NCBI RefSeq assembly: GCF_001194135.2
Contig: NC_068988.1
Location: 81,422,950 to 81,459,808 of the forward strand
Direction of reading: 5' to 3'
DNA: 36,859 nt
Origin: Octopus bimaculoides
Taxonomy: Eukaryota
Shown: piece by piece, positions 1 to 12,290 of the stretch
How positions within the stretch are numbered: position 1 is the stretch's first letter
Layout: the number at the start of each line of letters is the position of its first letter
Notes under the pieces: model-generated
Told to the model about the DNA's origin: nothing
The model's input: the letters and a program-made list of their open reading frames with translations, nothing else
Database searches by the model: none
Made by a program: the position numbers and the translations under genes

Positions 1-36
<36 letters not shown>

Positions 37-54
37 GGCCCACATCTGGTAGTT

Positions 55-390
55 AGATATGGACTCTGAATGCAGAGAACATGTGAAGAGCAAGGACTGG
101 AAAGAAATGAAGCTAATATGCACTGTTGAATGTGCAATGTCAGTGTGTTTGTACGACAAATTGTAAATGTGCTGAGAGAAAAAACTAGGCATAAGAAGAA
201 TCAGATGTTGTGTATAAGAGATAAGACTGTACTGATATGGTCATGTGATATGTAAGGATGAAGGTAGTTATAGAAAGAAGTGCTGAATGTTTAAAGTGGA
301 TGAAATTTGCAGAAGTTGGAGGCTCAAGAAGACACAAAACAAAGTATTGAAGATTGATGATCTACAGTGGAGATGACAAAAGATCAAGAG
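55..390 (+). mobile_element. Degenerate RTE LINE, 3' end of ORF (fragment)
   Basis: Aligns by eye with 9290-9600 of the long RTE copy (gaaagaaatgaagc...tgtgcaatgtcagtgt...gagagaaaa.taggcataagaag...aagaagtgc); many stops. Boundaries approximate. Confidence 0.8.
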
Positions 391-429
391 GATTAGTGTT
401 TCTCTGTGCTTGAGAAGATGTTACATCTC

Positions 430-875
430 TTACAGTGAAAATTATCTCCTAAAAGGCTTATATGTATACACTCGCTGGGTCCTGCACCTGTACATAATCT
501 GTTACTGTCAACGTTATCATACTTATCTCTCTAAAACTCAGCCTTCTTCCACTCTTCTAAGAATGACACCATTCAGCTGATGTGATCATATGACACCAGA
601 ATCTGCTCATATTATATTTCATACCCTTCATATATCAACCTCTAGCCGCATCTCTAACCACCTGTCCCTCTCCTCTCATAGTCTTGTGAACTTATCCACT
701 CACACCTGCTTCCCGCTTCCCCCATCCTCAGTCCTACCTTCTTTGCTGCTTACCAATACTTTAGTCTTTACTGAGTTTATTTTGAGGATTCTTGATTTTA
801 GCTTTTGTTACCTGGTCTGGAATTTCTCCTCTATTTCTATCACAGATTCAGCTATGAGATTTAAGTCACTGTAAT
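430..875 (-). mobile_element. Degenerate RTE LINE reverse-transcriptase fragment
   Basis: Minus strand reads DLNLIAESVIEIEEKFQTR*QKLKSRILKINSVKTKVLVS, matching the post-YADD segment of the long RTE copy (DDFALIAESLPELEK...GLESKCLKVNVAKTK). Confidence 0.8.
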
Positions 876-1893
876 TCTCATAGACACCAAGCCTTAAAAA
901 TATATATATAAAAACAAACAGGAATAAGGTAAGAAGTGAACTCTGGTAGACCATACCATCAAGCTAAATTTGTTGCTGTACTCATTGTTAACTCTCACCT
1001 TGCTGATGTTATATCTGTACATGGTATATGTATCTATATATATCTGTGTGTGTCGTATACATTATATATATAGTATACATTATATATACATATATATATA
1101 TACTATATATCTGTATGTGCGTGTGAGTGTGTATGCAGGTAGAAAAATGAAAGGAATGTTTGTAGCTATAACGACAAAAGTTGGCCACATATAATTTCAC
1201 CTTTTATTTTCCAAATCCCAATAAAAAAACAAAAACAAAACTCTCAAATGCGTTTGGGAAAATAATGCAATAGTAATTATACAGTGCATGGTTTGAGAAT
1301 ACAGGTTAACTATACAATTCAAACATTGTTAATGCAGAAGTCAATCTTAATTTGCAACATCAATCAAAGCAAATTTCCATGAATGTTTTTGTAAATATCT
1401 ACATCAATAAGTCAATTACACATTGTAGAAATATGTTATGGACAGTGTTTATTTATATTTTACTGTTTTATCAACTCAATTAAATAATGTTCAAAAGTAT
1501 CTTTCCGTTTGTAAAGTCAGTTAAATATTGTGCAACAGAAAAATATGCATATATATATATTTTGTTTTCAATGTCATTAAATAATATTTTGTAGAATCAT
1601 AGCACTTCATTTCTAATGTATCATGTGTGCTTGTGAATCATAGCTTTAAAGTAGAAGACAAAATATTAACGTGTTTTGCAAAAATTATTGAAATAGATGT
1701 TGTCGAGGATTTCTTATTCAGCTTGTCTCATGATTTGAGGTAATTGAAAGAGGAGCAATTCTGTTCTGTGTTGTTGATTTTTTGGTGTCTGTGGGGAAAA
1801 AAAACCCTGTGAATTTCAGCTGCTAACTACCCTAGCACTAAGAACCACTGACAACAAATTTTCGCTTGTTTAACATTTCTGTTACTATATAAC

Positions 1894-2296
1894 AGGTGTG
1901 GCTGTGTAGTACGAAGCTTGCTTTCCAACCACACGGTTCAGGATTCAGTCCCATTATGTGGCATCTTGGCAAGTATCTGTTACTATAGCCTTGGGTCAAC
2001 CAAAGCCCTGTGAGATGATTTGGTGGACAGAAACTGAAAGAAGCCCATCGTATATATATTTGTATATCTGTATGTGTGTCTGTGTATTTGTCCTCCCAAC
2101 ACCGTTTGACGACCGAAATTGGTGTGTTTATGTACCCTGTAACTTAGTAGTACAGCAAAAGATGCTGATTGAATAAGTACTTGCAAAAGAGACCTATAGA
2201 ATAAGTCTTGAGGTCGATTTGTCCAACTGAAACCCCTGAAGGCGGTGCTCCAGCATTGCTGCAGTCAAATGACTGAAACAAGTAAAAGAATAAAAG
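1894..2296 (+). mobile_element. Full-length tRNA-derived SINE (family 1)
   Basis: A-box-like tggctgtgtagt, B-box-like ggattcagtccc, body ttggcaagtatc...ctatagcc, central TA/TG tract, 3' end gcagtcaaatgactgaaacaagtaaaagaataaaag; homologous pieces at 10242, 22205 and 23372. Confidence 0.88.
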
Positions 2297-2304
2297 TATA
2301 TATC

Positions 2305-2713
2305 TGTTGAAATAAATTGCTTTTGTTTCAATTTATTTTGATTATAACTTTTTCCTTATTAAGTTGGAGTTTGATGCCTACATTAACATGAAAATCTTGA
2401 TAAAAGGTTTTAATTTAGATTATGCTAAGACAGTTTGTATCACAGAACCAAGGACAGTCACAGGTGGACTGGTTTCAAAAAAGTTAACATAACTGAGATT
2501 AGGCACCACAAATTATTAGTTTCTGATTGGCTAAAATTTTTAGTTGGGTAGACTGTTTGGTTGGTTAAATTATCTCATTGTTTAAAATAATGTATGCGCA
2601 GATAGTGAATTTGAAATAATTCCATTTAAGAAACTGTTCACTAACAGACTGAACTAGAATTTCTGACAGGTCAAAGTACCTATTGTAACAAGCAGTTGAG
2701 TTAAGTTATTACA
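2305..2713 (-). mobile_element. 3' LTR of Ty3/Gypsy element
   Basis: Minus strand starts TGTAATA and ends TTCAACA (TG...CA), is preceded by a polypurine tract and lies just downstream of an integrase remnant. Confidence 0.75.
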
Positions 2714-2717
2714 TTAA

Positions 2718-2729
2718 TCCCCTCCTTTA
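2718..2729 (-). other. Polypurine tract (PPT) of the Gypsy element
   Basis: Minus strand purine run AAAGGAGGGGA ending 4 nt before the LTR TG. Confidence 0.75.
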
Positions 2730-2929
2730 TTGCAAGAACAGCAGCAATCAGTAAGATCAATATGAAGAATGGAGGTCCTAAATAAAATGGGCTGGTCAGT
2801 CGTTACATCATCCTGTCTTAGGCTTTTTGTTTACTAGGACAGAAGATGGGATAATTGGTGTACTGATGATTGACATTGATACCAATATAGGCATGGTTAG
2901 TAGAAAAAAATTGCAGCAATTGTTGCTTG

Positions 2930-5151
2930 AGGTACTGTGGTTCAATCACTTTTGAAATATGTTTCAGATGGCCAATGCTATCAGTTTCCCATTTACTATA
3001 TATATCAGGGATGAGATATTTGAGAATCTTGTATAATACTTTATGAAAATGTCTTGTATAAAGTGTCTGAAGTAGTTTCTTGGTTGGCTCACCACAAACA
3101 AAACCATGAAGACATTTGGAGAGGTCTTATAGAACTTGTATAGTGGTTTGCTGTAGTTGAGTGATAATTGTTAACCAGGTATCCATGCAGTCATTATATA
3201 TATATATAGTTTAATGGATCCGATATTATGGTAGACTGGCCAGGTGTGACCATCTCTTCAGGTAATTTAATGGTCTTACTACACAGGATTCAGTTGGGAT
3301 ATATCTATATCTGTCTTTCACTGCAGATCATATACATTGTAGTATGAGAGGAAGACACTCACACCACCCAGTGAAGTCTGCTTGAATTTTTAGTGCCAAT
3401 AACAATAGAAATGTTCCAGTAAACCATTAACTGCTTGATGGTAAAAGGTTATTACAGTTTTCATTGCAGCCAGAAATTGCATAATTTCTATGAATAAAGT
3501 AGACTTTAATTGCTGTCTACTATCAGTTGTGGTGGTGGATAGTGTGTCATATCAGGGAATCCATTACTGTATAAAGGCTTTAGCAAGTGTCTTGATTTTG
3601 GTGGTGGTCAGTGGGATAGCCTCAGGTCATCTGGTATACCTGTCAACATAGGCAAGCAGGTGACTATGTCTGTGTGAAGGAGGTAGTAGTTTCATGAGAT
3701 TATGTAGCCAAACATTGCATATGATGCAACAAAGGTGCCCAGCAGTATTTTGACATGGTAATATATATATATACTTTCCAACATGCAATGCAATTTTAGT
3801 CCCACTTTTCAACATCTTTGTTGGTACTACAATAAACTAATTGTGCTGATATCAGCTTCACCTACCTAGGTTTAACCAACAATGGAGTGCATTGAAACCA
3901 TTGAGACAGTACCTTTCATCACAAAGATCATGACCAGTGGAGACATCACACCACATGTATGCAGTTGCAATGAAAATGTCTGGAAAATGCTGGAGTGTCA
4001 AAGAGGTTGTTGATAACTTCTGTAGGAGTTGTAATTCTTCTGATTGGTTGCTTTCCAGTCAGAATTAATGGTAACAAACATATTGCATTGTATTAATGTA
4101 TGTGAGGATGCATCCGATGTTACATTGTGAAATCCTTTGATGTGACTGATGCCATTTGAATACTATGAGATGTAATTGACGTGGTGAATCTCTCTCCTCA
4201 TCATCATTATCATCATCATTTAATGTTCATTTTCCATGCTAGCATGGGTTGAATGGTTAGACCAGAGCTGGAAAGCAGGAGAGCTGCACCAGGTTCCAGT
4301 CAGTTTAGGCTTGTTTTCTATAGATGGATACTCTTCCTAATGCCAACCACTTTGCAGAGTGTGCTGGGTGCTTATTACAGAGTGCTGGCATATGTGCTTT
4401 TATGTGACCCCAGCATGAGTTCTATTATATGGAACCAGCACAGGTACTTTTTACACAGCACTGGAACAGGCTCTTGCAGGCCAATCCTCTTCTGCAGGAG
4501 GAGCAGCTGTGGATGATGGGTTGCCAATCAGGTTTGAACTTCTGTGCATACATTAAAGGCTGGTGGTTTTGGTAGGTGGTAAAAACATAAAAGGCTTGAG
4601 GTTTATGTAGATGATAAAGACACAACCGGACCCTGCTACATGTGATGGGAATGATTCATTGTGAGATATGCTGCTGATAATTCCCCTTACCCTTCAAACA
4701 TGCTGTACCTAACTTCTGTGGGATGTAAAACGTGTTGAAAAGACAATGATTGCCATGTGTTTGCTACCAATTGTAAACCCTCCCCAACTCTACTGGTAGC
4801 TGATGCTTCTACTAACAAACAAGGGTGTGTCTGTTCTGTGGTGAGCTAGAAGGATAATCTTAACCAATCCTTCTTACACTTTCTTGAAAGAGGCAAGCTT
4901 ATTTCCATTAAAGGTGACTGGTCAATCCTATTTTCTTTTTGTTCCAGAGCATGTCAGTGAATACATCAGCTCTGTGGAACAGAACAGTTCAAGAAGTTGA
5001 TCACACCAAGGAATTCAACTTATGCAGTTTGTGGGTGAAGGATAATCTTGGATACTTAATTTTTTTCCCCCACAGAACAGATTCCATCTTTGTTGACCAT
5101 ATGACCAAAGAAAGACAAAGATGACATGCCAAACAGGCACTTACTGGAATT
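2930..5151 (-). mobile_element. Ty3/Gypsy pol pseudogene (RT C-terminus, RNase H, integrase), frameshifted and interrupted
   Basis: Minus-strand motifs in Gypsy order: NSSKCLFGMSSLSFFGHMVNKDGI; FLGVINF; EASATSRVGEGLQLVANTWQSLSF...PTEVRYSMFEG*GELSAAYL; AFYVFTTYQNHQPLMYAQKFKPD; ISHIKGFHNVTSDASS; LPPSHRHSHLLAYVDRYTR*PEAIPL...TFYHQAVNGLLE; LLQTLYTRHFHKVL. Confidence 0.92.
4198..4525 (-). mobile_element. RTE LINE 3' UTR (5'-truncated insertion) inside Gypsy RNase H
   Basis: Homologous to 9930-10118 (aagcaccc...cactct...ccatgctagcatggaaaatgaacattaaa) and ends in a (GAT)n tail. Confidence 0.85.
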
Positions 5152-5157
5152 TTTGAC

Positions 5158-5330
5158 AATTCCATTTGTGACTGGATCGACTGATTGACTGAACTAAAAT
5201 TTCTGATTGGTCAAAATAATATATGTAACATGGTGTCATTATGTGCGATCAGTTAAGTCAGGTTGTTACAATCGTCCCCTGTTTTAGTAGCAATCAATAA
5301 GAATCAATATAAAACAACAGAGAGTGAAAG
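5158..5330 (-). mobile_element. Second Gypsy PPT plus first ~113 bp of an LTR
   Basis: Minus strand AAAACAGGGGACGAT then TGTAACAAC at 5270; 5158-5270 is homologous to 2618-2713 (aattccattt...gactgaacta.aatttctga..ggtcaaa...tgtaaca...agttaagt...ttaca), and the upstream flank is also similar (agcaatca.taaga.tcaatat.aa). Confidence 0.72.
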
Positions 5331-5614
5331 TGAATGATGGTAACACTTAAGAAAGATATGGGAGGCAAATAAGAAATCCAAATTAATTAAAAATTAAAAG
5401 GGAGATTAGGGTGGAAAGGGCAATGTGATGTTTAGTAAATATAGGGATTGCTCCAGTGTTTCTATTTTATTAGGCCTCATTAGTGAAGCATCATGCTACC
5501 AGCACTTACCTAGACCTCTGATAAGTTATTGGCTCAGCCAACAATATTTGTTAGTTTTCTGATGATTTGATTTACAACTGACGGTATTTTCATCTGTCTT
5601 CTATGATGGGTGAA

Positions 5615-5655
<41 letters not shown>

Positions 5656-5950
5656 AGCATATATATACACACACATACACACATTGGTTTCCTCCAACAG
5701 ATTTTCCCCTCTTCTCTACATAACTATCTTGATAAAGGATAATTTGTACAAAATATTAATATCACTTCCTTTTCTTCATGCCATAATATATTGACTGATA
5801 TTTATTTATTCTTCATTGGTTTTTGCCAATAATTTGTCTTCAAATATAATGTCCATATGGCACTTCTGACTTAAATTCTTCACAAAGTTTCCAAAGAGAC
5901 TTAATCCAATCCTAATAATATCTTTTCTTTGCTGTATCTGCATTTAGAGT

Positions 5951-6104
5951 TTCATCATCATCATAATCATCACTTTAATTTTTTTATGTTTGCATAGGTC
6001 AGACAAAATTTGTTTGGTAGATTTTCTATGGCTGGATGCTCTTCCTGTCACCAGCCCTTTCTTGTTTCTAAGCAACTACTTCCCCATGACCAAGTATGTT
6101 TTCC
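5951..6104 (-). mobile_element. RTE-type 3' end with (GAT)n tail
   Basis: Plus strand tcatcatcatcataatcatc...ttttctatggctggatgctcttcc shares the gaagagcatccagc.atagaaa block with the other RTE 3' UTRs. Confidence 0.65.
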
Positions 6105-6176
6105 TACAGTATTGGGAATGCATGACACTGTATAACAGTGACAATCATTTATAACTGTAATGATACATACTGTCAT

Positions 6177-6177
6177 G

Positions 6178-6218
<41 letters not shown>

Positions 6219-6300
6219 TCTCTCACTCTCTATCTATCTATTTATCTATCTATCTACCTACCAACCTACCTGCCAACCTATCTACCTATCTGCACACATG

Positions 6301-6350
<50 letters not shown>
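6177..6350. repeat. Compound microsatellite (CA)n-(CTAT)n-(CCTA)n-(CA)n
   Basis: Directly visible. Confidence 0.95.
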
Positions 6351-6354
<4 letters not shown>

Positions 6355-8623
6355 TAGTGAGAAATACTTCACTGATGGGGATTATATATTTGTACTGCTG
6401 CATTGCTACATATGTTTTGGCATGACATATATATATGGATATGATGAGGTGGTCTCATAAAAATACATGTCACGCTGAAACATATGTAGCAATGCATTAA
6501 TAAACATATCAAATCTCCCTTTGTGAAGCATTTCTTGATATTGATATATTTATCCTATGCTATATGGAGTATTGCATACATAAAATCTGATACAGTTAAC
6601 TCTGCATGTTGGGAATGATATACACTAGCCAGCAGCATATTAATATAGGAGCTTTTGTGGGCCATATACAAAATACAAAGATATATATATGTACAGATTG
6701 TTGAGATACTTGAATGGAGGTGTGTTGATGTATTTTGCATCCAAATGGTAAGGTAGAATGGAGCTTCAATCAGGTTCCTCATAGGCAAGACACATAGGTG
6801 TAAAATCTTCTGGGAAGGTAACAGTGATGGGGTAGGTGGCATGGGCAGACTTCCTGCAGAGAAATGGGTGGATAAAGTCATAGAAGTAGTCAGAGTGTGC
6901 GGTAAAGTACTTAAGCTTAGGCTAGTGTTACACAATAGTATAGTGGCAATTATCTCTGCCTATGTCCCTGAAGTGAGCCTACCAAATGGGAAGAAGGACC
7001 ACTTTTATGATATTCTTCTGTGAGTGACAATGATCTCCTCTTCATGGCTGGGGATTTCAATGGGCATGTTGGATGGCAGCCTGGTATCTTCCATGGTGTG
7101 CATAGGGGCCATGGAATTGGTTCCTAAAGCAAAGAGGGAACAAGGCTACTGGGGTTCTATGATGCAAATAACCTTCTGATCTGCAACACCGACTTCAGGA
7201 AGCCAGCCAGCCACCTGATAACCTATCAGTCAGGTGTCTGTGCCAGCCAGATTGATTACATTGTCACCAGACAGTGAGATGCATGGTTGCTCATAAATAC
7301 AAAGACCCTCCCTGATGAAGAGTGTACCCCCCCCCCCCCAGCATAGACTAGTCATTAGTGACTTTAGACTCCAGGCCAGAAGGATGCCAAAAAGTAAACC
7401 AATCTGGAAAAGAAGGATTTGAAAGCTTAAAGAGATTTAGGGAATCCTAACTGAGAAATTTGATGAAAGGGAGGAGCTACAGACTTGTGATATAAAGGGC
7501 AACTGGGAATTCCTGAGGGACAGCTTGCTGAGTGCCACAAACCAAATCTGTGGATGGTTCAAAGTCCCATCCAGACCTAGGGTAACATGGTGGTGGAATG
7601 ATGCAGCAGACAGGGCCATTAGAGCTAAATATCAGGCCTGGAAGAATGGGGGATGCAGGGAACTGTATCAGATTGCCAGGAGACAAGCATATCTAGCCAA
7701 GGGAGAAACAGAAAAGAAGAAGTTTGCCTATGTTTAGTGATGTGAGGACTAAAGAACTGAAGTGTTTCGGATTGCAAAACAGTATGTGAGAGAAAACCGT
7801 AATGTCATAGGAGAGAAATGCGTCCACATGGATGATGGTTCACTTGCATTTAATAATTTTGCAAAGGAAGAAGCTTAGAAAGACATTATGAAAGGTTGCT
7901 AAACGTGGAGAATAAATGGAAGAAGGAGAGTCTGCCAAATATTGACCCAACTGAGGGATCAGCTATCTGAATTGACAGTAGCTTGGTAGATAAACAATTA
8001 AGGATATGAAGATAAGGAAAGCCCCTGGTCGATCAGGAATCACTGCTGAGATGCTCAAAATATCTGGTAGAGTAGGATATAGCCTAGTCATCTGTATAAT
8101 TAATCAGGTTGTCCACAAGGGACAGCTACAAAAGTAAAGGTCATGCCTTAGATAGAAATAATTACAGAGGTATCAAATTGCTGGATCAGGTGATCAGGTG
8201 ATGAGAGAGTCATAGCCCAACTAATTAGTGAGAGTTAGCTTAGATGAGATGCAGTTTGGTTTTGTGTCAGGGAGAAGCACCACAGATGCTATATTTCTGG
8301 TAAGGCAGCTGCAGGAGAAATACATAGCTAAAAATAAACCTCTTGGCTTTTGTTGACATGGAGAAAGCCTTTGACAGGGTCCCCTGAACCCTTATCTGCT
8401 AGTCAGTGCAGAAACTAGGGATAAACAAGTGGTTGGTGAGGGCTATACAAAATATGTATAGGGATGCTACTGGTAAGGTGAGGGTTACCAATGAAGAATT
8501 CAGAGAAGTGAAGAATTCAGAGTGCAAGTAGGGGTTCACCAAAGATCAGTGCTCAGCCCCCTCTTGTTCATCATAGTCCTCCAGGCAATAACAGAGGAAT
8601 TCAAGACAGGCTGTTCCTGGGAG

Positions 8624-8633
8624 NNNNNNNNNN
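8624..8633. other. Assembly gap flanked by an exact 46-nt duplication
   Basis: 8578-8623 is repeated at 8634-8679 across 10 N. Confidence 0.95.
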
Positions 8634-9697
8634 CCTCCAGGCAATAACAGAGGAATTCAAGACAGGCTGTTCCTGGGAGCTCCTCTATGCTGATGACTTT
8701 GCTCTTATAGCTGAATCACTACCAGAACTAGAGAAGTTCCAGGTATTGAAGCAAGGTCTAGAATCAAAGTGCCTTAAAGTTAATGTAGCAAAAACGAAAG
8801 ACTTAGTAAGTAGGAAGGTAGACAAATCACAAATCCCTTCAGGTAGATGGCCCTGCTCCATCTGTAGAAAAGGTGTAGGTAGAAACTCCATCAGATGCAC
8901 CTTTGGACACATAAAAGGTGCAGCGGTATCAGAGGAAGGTTGACAGGGAAACTACATTTTGTATGTGGAAGATCCACAGGTACAATAGACACTGAAAATG
9001 TGCAGAAATTAGACTCCATCAACAGCCGGAGGTGGGGGTGCTAGCTAGAGATAGTAGATAGCGTCTGTTATCTAGGTGACCAAGTTAGTAGTGGAGGTTG
9101 ATGCTCTGGGAGCACTGCTGTGAGAATAAGATTAGGCTGGGCAAAGTCCAGAGAGCTCCTACCCCTGCTGGCAACAAAGGGTCTCTCTCTCTCTCTCTCT
9201 CTCTCTCTCAGAGTGAAAGGCAGATTGTTTGATGCCTGTGTGTGAACAGCTATGTTGCATAACATAAGCTGTGACAGCCAAGGACATGTGTAGGCTTGAA
9301 AGAAATGAAGCCAGTATGCTTTACTGGATGTGCAATGTCAGTGTACATGTTTGACAGAGTGTAAGCATCTTGAGAGAAAAGTTAGGCATAAGAAGTATCA
9401 AATGTGGTGTGCAAGAGAGATGACTGCATTGATATGCTCATGTAATGCATATGGATGAGGACAGCTATGTAAAGAAGTGCCGATCTCTAACTATGGAGGG
9501 AACCTGTGGTAGAGGTAGACTCAGGAAGACATGGGACAAGGTAGTGAAGCATGATCTTCGAACTTTGGGCCTCACAGAGGCAATGACTAGTGACCAAGAC
9601 CTTTGGCAATGTGCTGTGCTTGAGAAAAAGACCCATCAAGCCAAGTGAAATGATACTTATGATAACTGGCACCCATGCTGGTGGCACATAAAGAATA

Positions 9698-9857
9698 CCT
9701 TTCGAGCATTTGGCCTCATGGAGACAAAGTGGCTGAGCACCTTTCGAACGTTGGGCTTGACAGAGGCAAAGTGGTGAGTTCCTTTTGAGTGCTGGGCCTC
9801 ATGGAGGCAAGGTGGCTGAGTTGCTTTCAAATGTTGGGTCTCACGGAGGCAATGACC
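9698..9857 (+). repeat. ~42-bp tandem array (4 units) in the RTE 3' region
   Basis: Units cctttcgagcatttggcctcatggagacaaagtggctgagca and variants; the template unit lies at ~9555-9585. Confidence 0.85.
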
Positions 9858-10114
9858 AAGACCTTTGGCATTATGTTGTGCTTGAGAAGAAGACACATCA
9901 AGCCAAGCAAAATCGCAGTTGTGGCAGATACAAATGGCACCTGTGCTGGTGGTGCATAAAAGCACCCATTACACTCTTGGAGGGCATCCAGCTGTAGAAA
10001 ACCATGCCAAATCAGATTGGTGTTTGGTGCAGCCTTCCAGTATGCCAACCTTATCAAATGGTCCAACCTATGCCAGCATAGACAATGGACATTAAATAAT
10101 GATGATGATGATGA

Positions 10115-10118
<4 letters not shown>

Positions 10119-10195
<77 letters not shown>

Positions 10196-10202
10196 TAGAG
10201 AG

Positions 10203-10237
<35 letters not shown>

Positions 10238-10238
10238 C
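10119..10238. repeat. (AT)n-(AG)n-(AGAT)n compound microsatellite
   Basis: Directly visible after the RTE tail. Confidence 0.95.
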
Positions 10239-10241
10239 ACA

Positions 10242-10400
10242 ACAGGCTTTTTTCGGATTCCATTTACCAAATTACTTCACAAGGTTTTGATCGACCTGGA
10301 GTGTCTATAGAAGAAGACACTTACCCAAAGTGCTACAGAGTGGGAATGAACCTGAAATCATGTTATTGTGAAGCAAACTTTTCAAACACTCATGCACCTA
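10242..10400 (-). mobile_element. SINE family 1, 5' half
   Basis: Reverse complement of the 1894-2050 head (gaagacacttacccaaagtgctacagagtgggaatgaacc...aagcaaactt). Confidence 0.8.
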
Positions 10401-10904
10401 TATAGAAGTTCTAAATAGAATTTTATTCATAGAAGCTGTAGTAGAAATACTGATTAAAAAAACTCCAAAAAGCATTTCATGTGTCTGTAAACATAACTTT
10501 ATTTTTTACAGGATCAATATACTATTTTAATTTCTTCATCCTTTCATTTCATTTTTTATATCAAGAATCTTCTGCAATACAACTTAGACCAGGATTATTA
10601 CTATTTTGATTCTGTTACTAATACTCTACCTTGATATTTGAATCTAACTTTTCTTTGCTTCTGTATAGCAGCTTGTGCACTTAATATTCTTGTGTCATGT
10701 CTCTTACATCAATTATATCATCCACTATCACTAAATTATAAACACCATATTTTATTGTGAATTTATTAATGTATAAACTGTAATAACATAATATTGGAAA
10801 TATGTTATATCTTTCACTGTCTGTTAAATATTTGCCAGCCTGCCTGCCTGCCTGCCTACCTATATGTCTGTCTATCTGTCTGTTAGTAACTACCCAAGTA
10901 CCTA

Positions 10905-10912
10905 CCTGTCTG

Positions 10913-10994
<82 letters not shown>

Positions 10995-11177
10995 AACAAA
11001 AATACCTACTTGCCTACTTTATTATCTACCTATCTATCTACCCTCCTACTTCTTAATTTGTTTGTCCATCCATTTGTCTATCTGTCCTGTCTGTCTATTT
11101 ATCTATCTGTCTGTCAATCCATCCATTTTGAAACCCATAGCAATCCATCCATCCATCCATCCATCCATCCATCCATC
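10905..11177. repeat. (ATCT)n / (ATCC)n tetranucleotide arrays
   Basis: Directly visible. Confidence 0.92.
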
Positions 11178-11184
11178 CCACATT

Positions 11185-11420
11185 ACCAACTGATCCACTT
11201 ACACAAAATGCTCACTGTAAAGCTATATGTAGGTGAGACCACTCAAAGTCTAATGGATTCGTTTAGGAAATATGTTCAAGATGATGTCTGACAAAACAAT
11301 GAGACCCTCCTCTTTGACTATTTTTTCTTTGCACTCCTCTCTGTCTGTGGTATTGTCTTACACTGCAGCATTTCTCTGGTGATCCAGTTGCAATGCAAAC
11401 TGACTAATCTTCTGTTTTCC
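11185..11420 (+). mobile_element. Penelope-like GIY-YIG endonuclease remnant
   Basis: LYVGETTQSLMDSFRKYVQDDV (YVGET at 11226-11240) resembles PLE YIGETxRxLxxRFxEHxxDI; followed by LSVCGIVLH. Confidence 0.65.
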
Positions 11421-12290
11421 CGTGACACACAGTCACATGGTTAGAACGACTAATTTACCTTTCTCTAATAACATACTTACACCTACATATACACCCAACG
11501 TATTACCACCTACACATAACCTATACACCATTCCAAACACACATACAAATTATCACCAACATGTACACATACACATATATAAAGTATTGACAACATATAC
11601 CCACACAAACCTCTTACATATTCACATACAAGCATACACAGGCATTCTGCACAGATACACACTTGCACACACACACACGCACGCACTCTCTCTCTCTCAC
11701 ACACACACACACACAAAATATTACTAACATATAAATGCTCAAACCTCCTCCTCCTCCTCCTCCCCCACCACAGATTTGAACACTCATGCATAGCTTCAAG
11801 CCACTCTCATGCTCACCACACAACAATCTCTGTTTGCTTGTATCACATTTACCTCCCCTGGTGCACTCACTCACCTGGCAATACCTTCCTTATGTCTACC
11901 TTTCCACTACATAAGATACTACTCAAAGTATGTACTTCCCTCTTTCCACAAAAGCATGTTTTATCACTTTCTCTTCCATCAAAGAACCACTGTTTGGAAA
12001 GATAGATCACACACTCTGTTTCTTCCCTGCAGCGTAAAGTTAAAACCTAGACACTGTGTACTTTTGTTTGCTGATATTTTTTCATTTCTTTTGCTTTGTT
12101 CCAGATCCTTTATCAGTGAATTATAATGGAACATGATGAGCTAACACACAGTTATTAAGTGAAATATACTTTTACCTATTCTAGTTTCCACCAGAAGTTG
12201 TGGTCATGCTGAGGCAATGCTATTAGTGTGATTGTTTGCCATCCCTCCCTGGATCAGTGAATTGGACAATGCAACTCTATTTCTAAGATA

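Larger units (their letters stand above)
6695..10118 (+). mobile_element. Near full-length RTE-clade LINE pseudogene (APE endonuclease + RT + 3' UTR)
   Basis: APE: WEGNSDGVGG, IISAYVP, AGDFNGHVG, SQIDYIVTR. RT: QFGFVSGRSTTDAIFLVRQLQEKY, AFVDMEKAFDRVP, SVLSPLLFIIVL, LLYADD (YADD at 8686-8697). C-terminal GRGRLRKTWDKVV. 3' UTR ends in (GAT)n. Many stops and frameshifts. Confidence 0.96.

Noticed and set aside
590-874. 94-aa plus-strand ORF
   Set aside because: It is the antisense shadow of the minus-strand RTE RT fragment.
6555-6935. 126-aa minus-strand ORF
   Set aside because: Antisense to the RTE endonuclease plus AT-rich flank; no splice or domain evidence.
8578-8679. Exact 46-nt direct repeat in the RTE RT region
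   Set aside because: The two copies flank a 10-N gap; this is an unmerged contig overlap, not biology.
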